This document shows, piece by piece, positions 33,821 to 34,717 of a stretch of DNA of 34,717 nt. Below the pieces are notes generated by a model. It worked only from the letters and a program-made list of their open reading frames with translations, had not been told where the DNA came from and ran no database searches. Origin of the DNA: Octopus bimaculoides (taxonomy: Eukaryota); the NCBI RefSeq assembly GCF_001194135.2, contig NC_068981.1:182920389-182955105 (forward strand), read 5' to 3'. Positions within the stretch are counted from its first letter, which is position 1. Every line of letters starts with the position of its first letter. A program made the position numbers and the translations under genes.

Positions 33821-34146
33821 AATTACTTCACACATCACACGCGTGTATTCAAAGTTTTCCATCGTAATATATTTCCTGGTGAAACACTTACGATGTATTT
33901 AAGACTCACGTCTGTTGTATATTAATAAGTTTACTTTGTTCCCTTTGCACGTTACTGTTGTTTTACATTCGATCCCCCACATGGTTGATGTGACCGACTA
34001 ATATCAAGAATAAGGGTTTTACGAGAACCTCTCTCTCTTTCTTTCTACACCAGCTGAAGAAGCGAGGAGTCGCAGAAATATCGAGATGTCCCTAAAGTTT
34101 TGTGTGCGTGTATGTATGCCGTTATTCAGTTTATTTCAAATTTTTT

Positions 34147-34337
34147 GCCAATAGAGCTAGAACTGGTTTCTAACCTAGATCCAAGGTCCCTTCATTGGAA
34201 TTTCAACATCAACAACAGGGCTATATTTAAGAGATGAGGAATTATGTACATTTCGGCTGATATACCCTCCAGTCTTCATCAGGTGTCTTGAGGAAATTTC
34301 GAACCTGGATTCTTATTTCCTAAGGCATTTTTCGATG

Positions 34338-34419
<82 letters not shown>

Positions 34420-34603
34420 CATTATTATTATTCAGGTCATTGCTTGGAATCGAATAATATTAACATCGAAAAATACCTTAGGAACAAGAACCCAGGTTCG
34501 AAATTTCCCCGAGACACCTGATGAAGGCTGGAGGGTATATCAGCCGAAACGTTGTGTTAACAACAAACAAGATGAGGACAAATATCCGTCAAATGTAAAT
34601 AAT
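34147..34603. mobile_element. Head-to-head inverted pair of hammerhead-bearing repeat family B around (ATT)n
   Basis: Arms 34251-34339 and 34462-34549 are reverse complements, with 6 mismatches and 1 gap over 89 nt. The spacer is (ATT)n plus CAGGTCATTGCTTGGAATCGAA. Confidence 0.85.
34513..34558 (+). ncRNA. Minimal type I hammerhead ribozyme, apparently intact
   Basis: GACAC-CUGAUGA-A-GGCUG(GAGGGUAUAU)CAGCC-GAAAC-GUU/GUGUU, giving stem I of 5 bp, stem II of 5 bp, palindromic AACGUU as stem III and predicted cleavage after U34553. Confidence 0.78.
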
Positions 34604-34717
34604 GGAAATAACCAACAACAGAGTATATTTGCATGTATGTATGTATGTATGTATGTATGTATGTATGTATGTATGTATGTGCATATCTAGATATCTAGAC
34701 ATGCTCATATATATATA

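Overview
AT-rich eukaryotic (metazoan) intergenic or intronic DNA from a draft assembly, with 12 N-gaps totalling about 6.0 kb. I found no intact host protein-coding gene, rRNA or tRNA gene, and nearly all long ORF-track entries are artefacts of N-runs or microsatellites. The window is a dense repeat graveyard whose SINE families and microsatellite load suggest an octopus or other coleoid cephalopod; this is my inference and was not verified. It contains about 17 tRNA-derived SINE copies or fragments in three families, a DD34D mariner remnant, an internally deleted Tc1/mariner with perfect 35-bp TIRs, two MITEs, two Helitron helicase remnants, a Chapaev3-like transposase remnant and the 3' end of an R4/Dong-like LINE on a (TAA)19 tract. 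The most interesting signal is a set of minimal type I hammerhead ribozyme motifs in at least three unrelated repeat families. One occurs as a head-to-head inverted pair around an (ATT)n tract (34251-34549), and another is a two-copy family with a non-canonical CUGUUGA core. A 57-nt pre-miRNA-like hairpin lies at 33033-33089.
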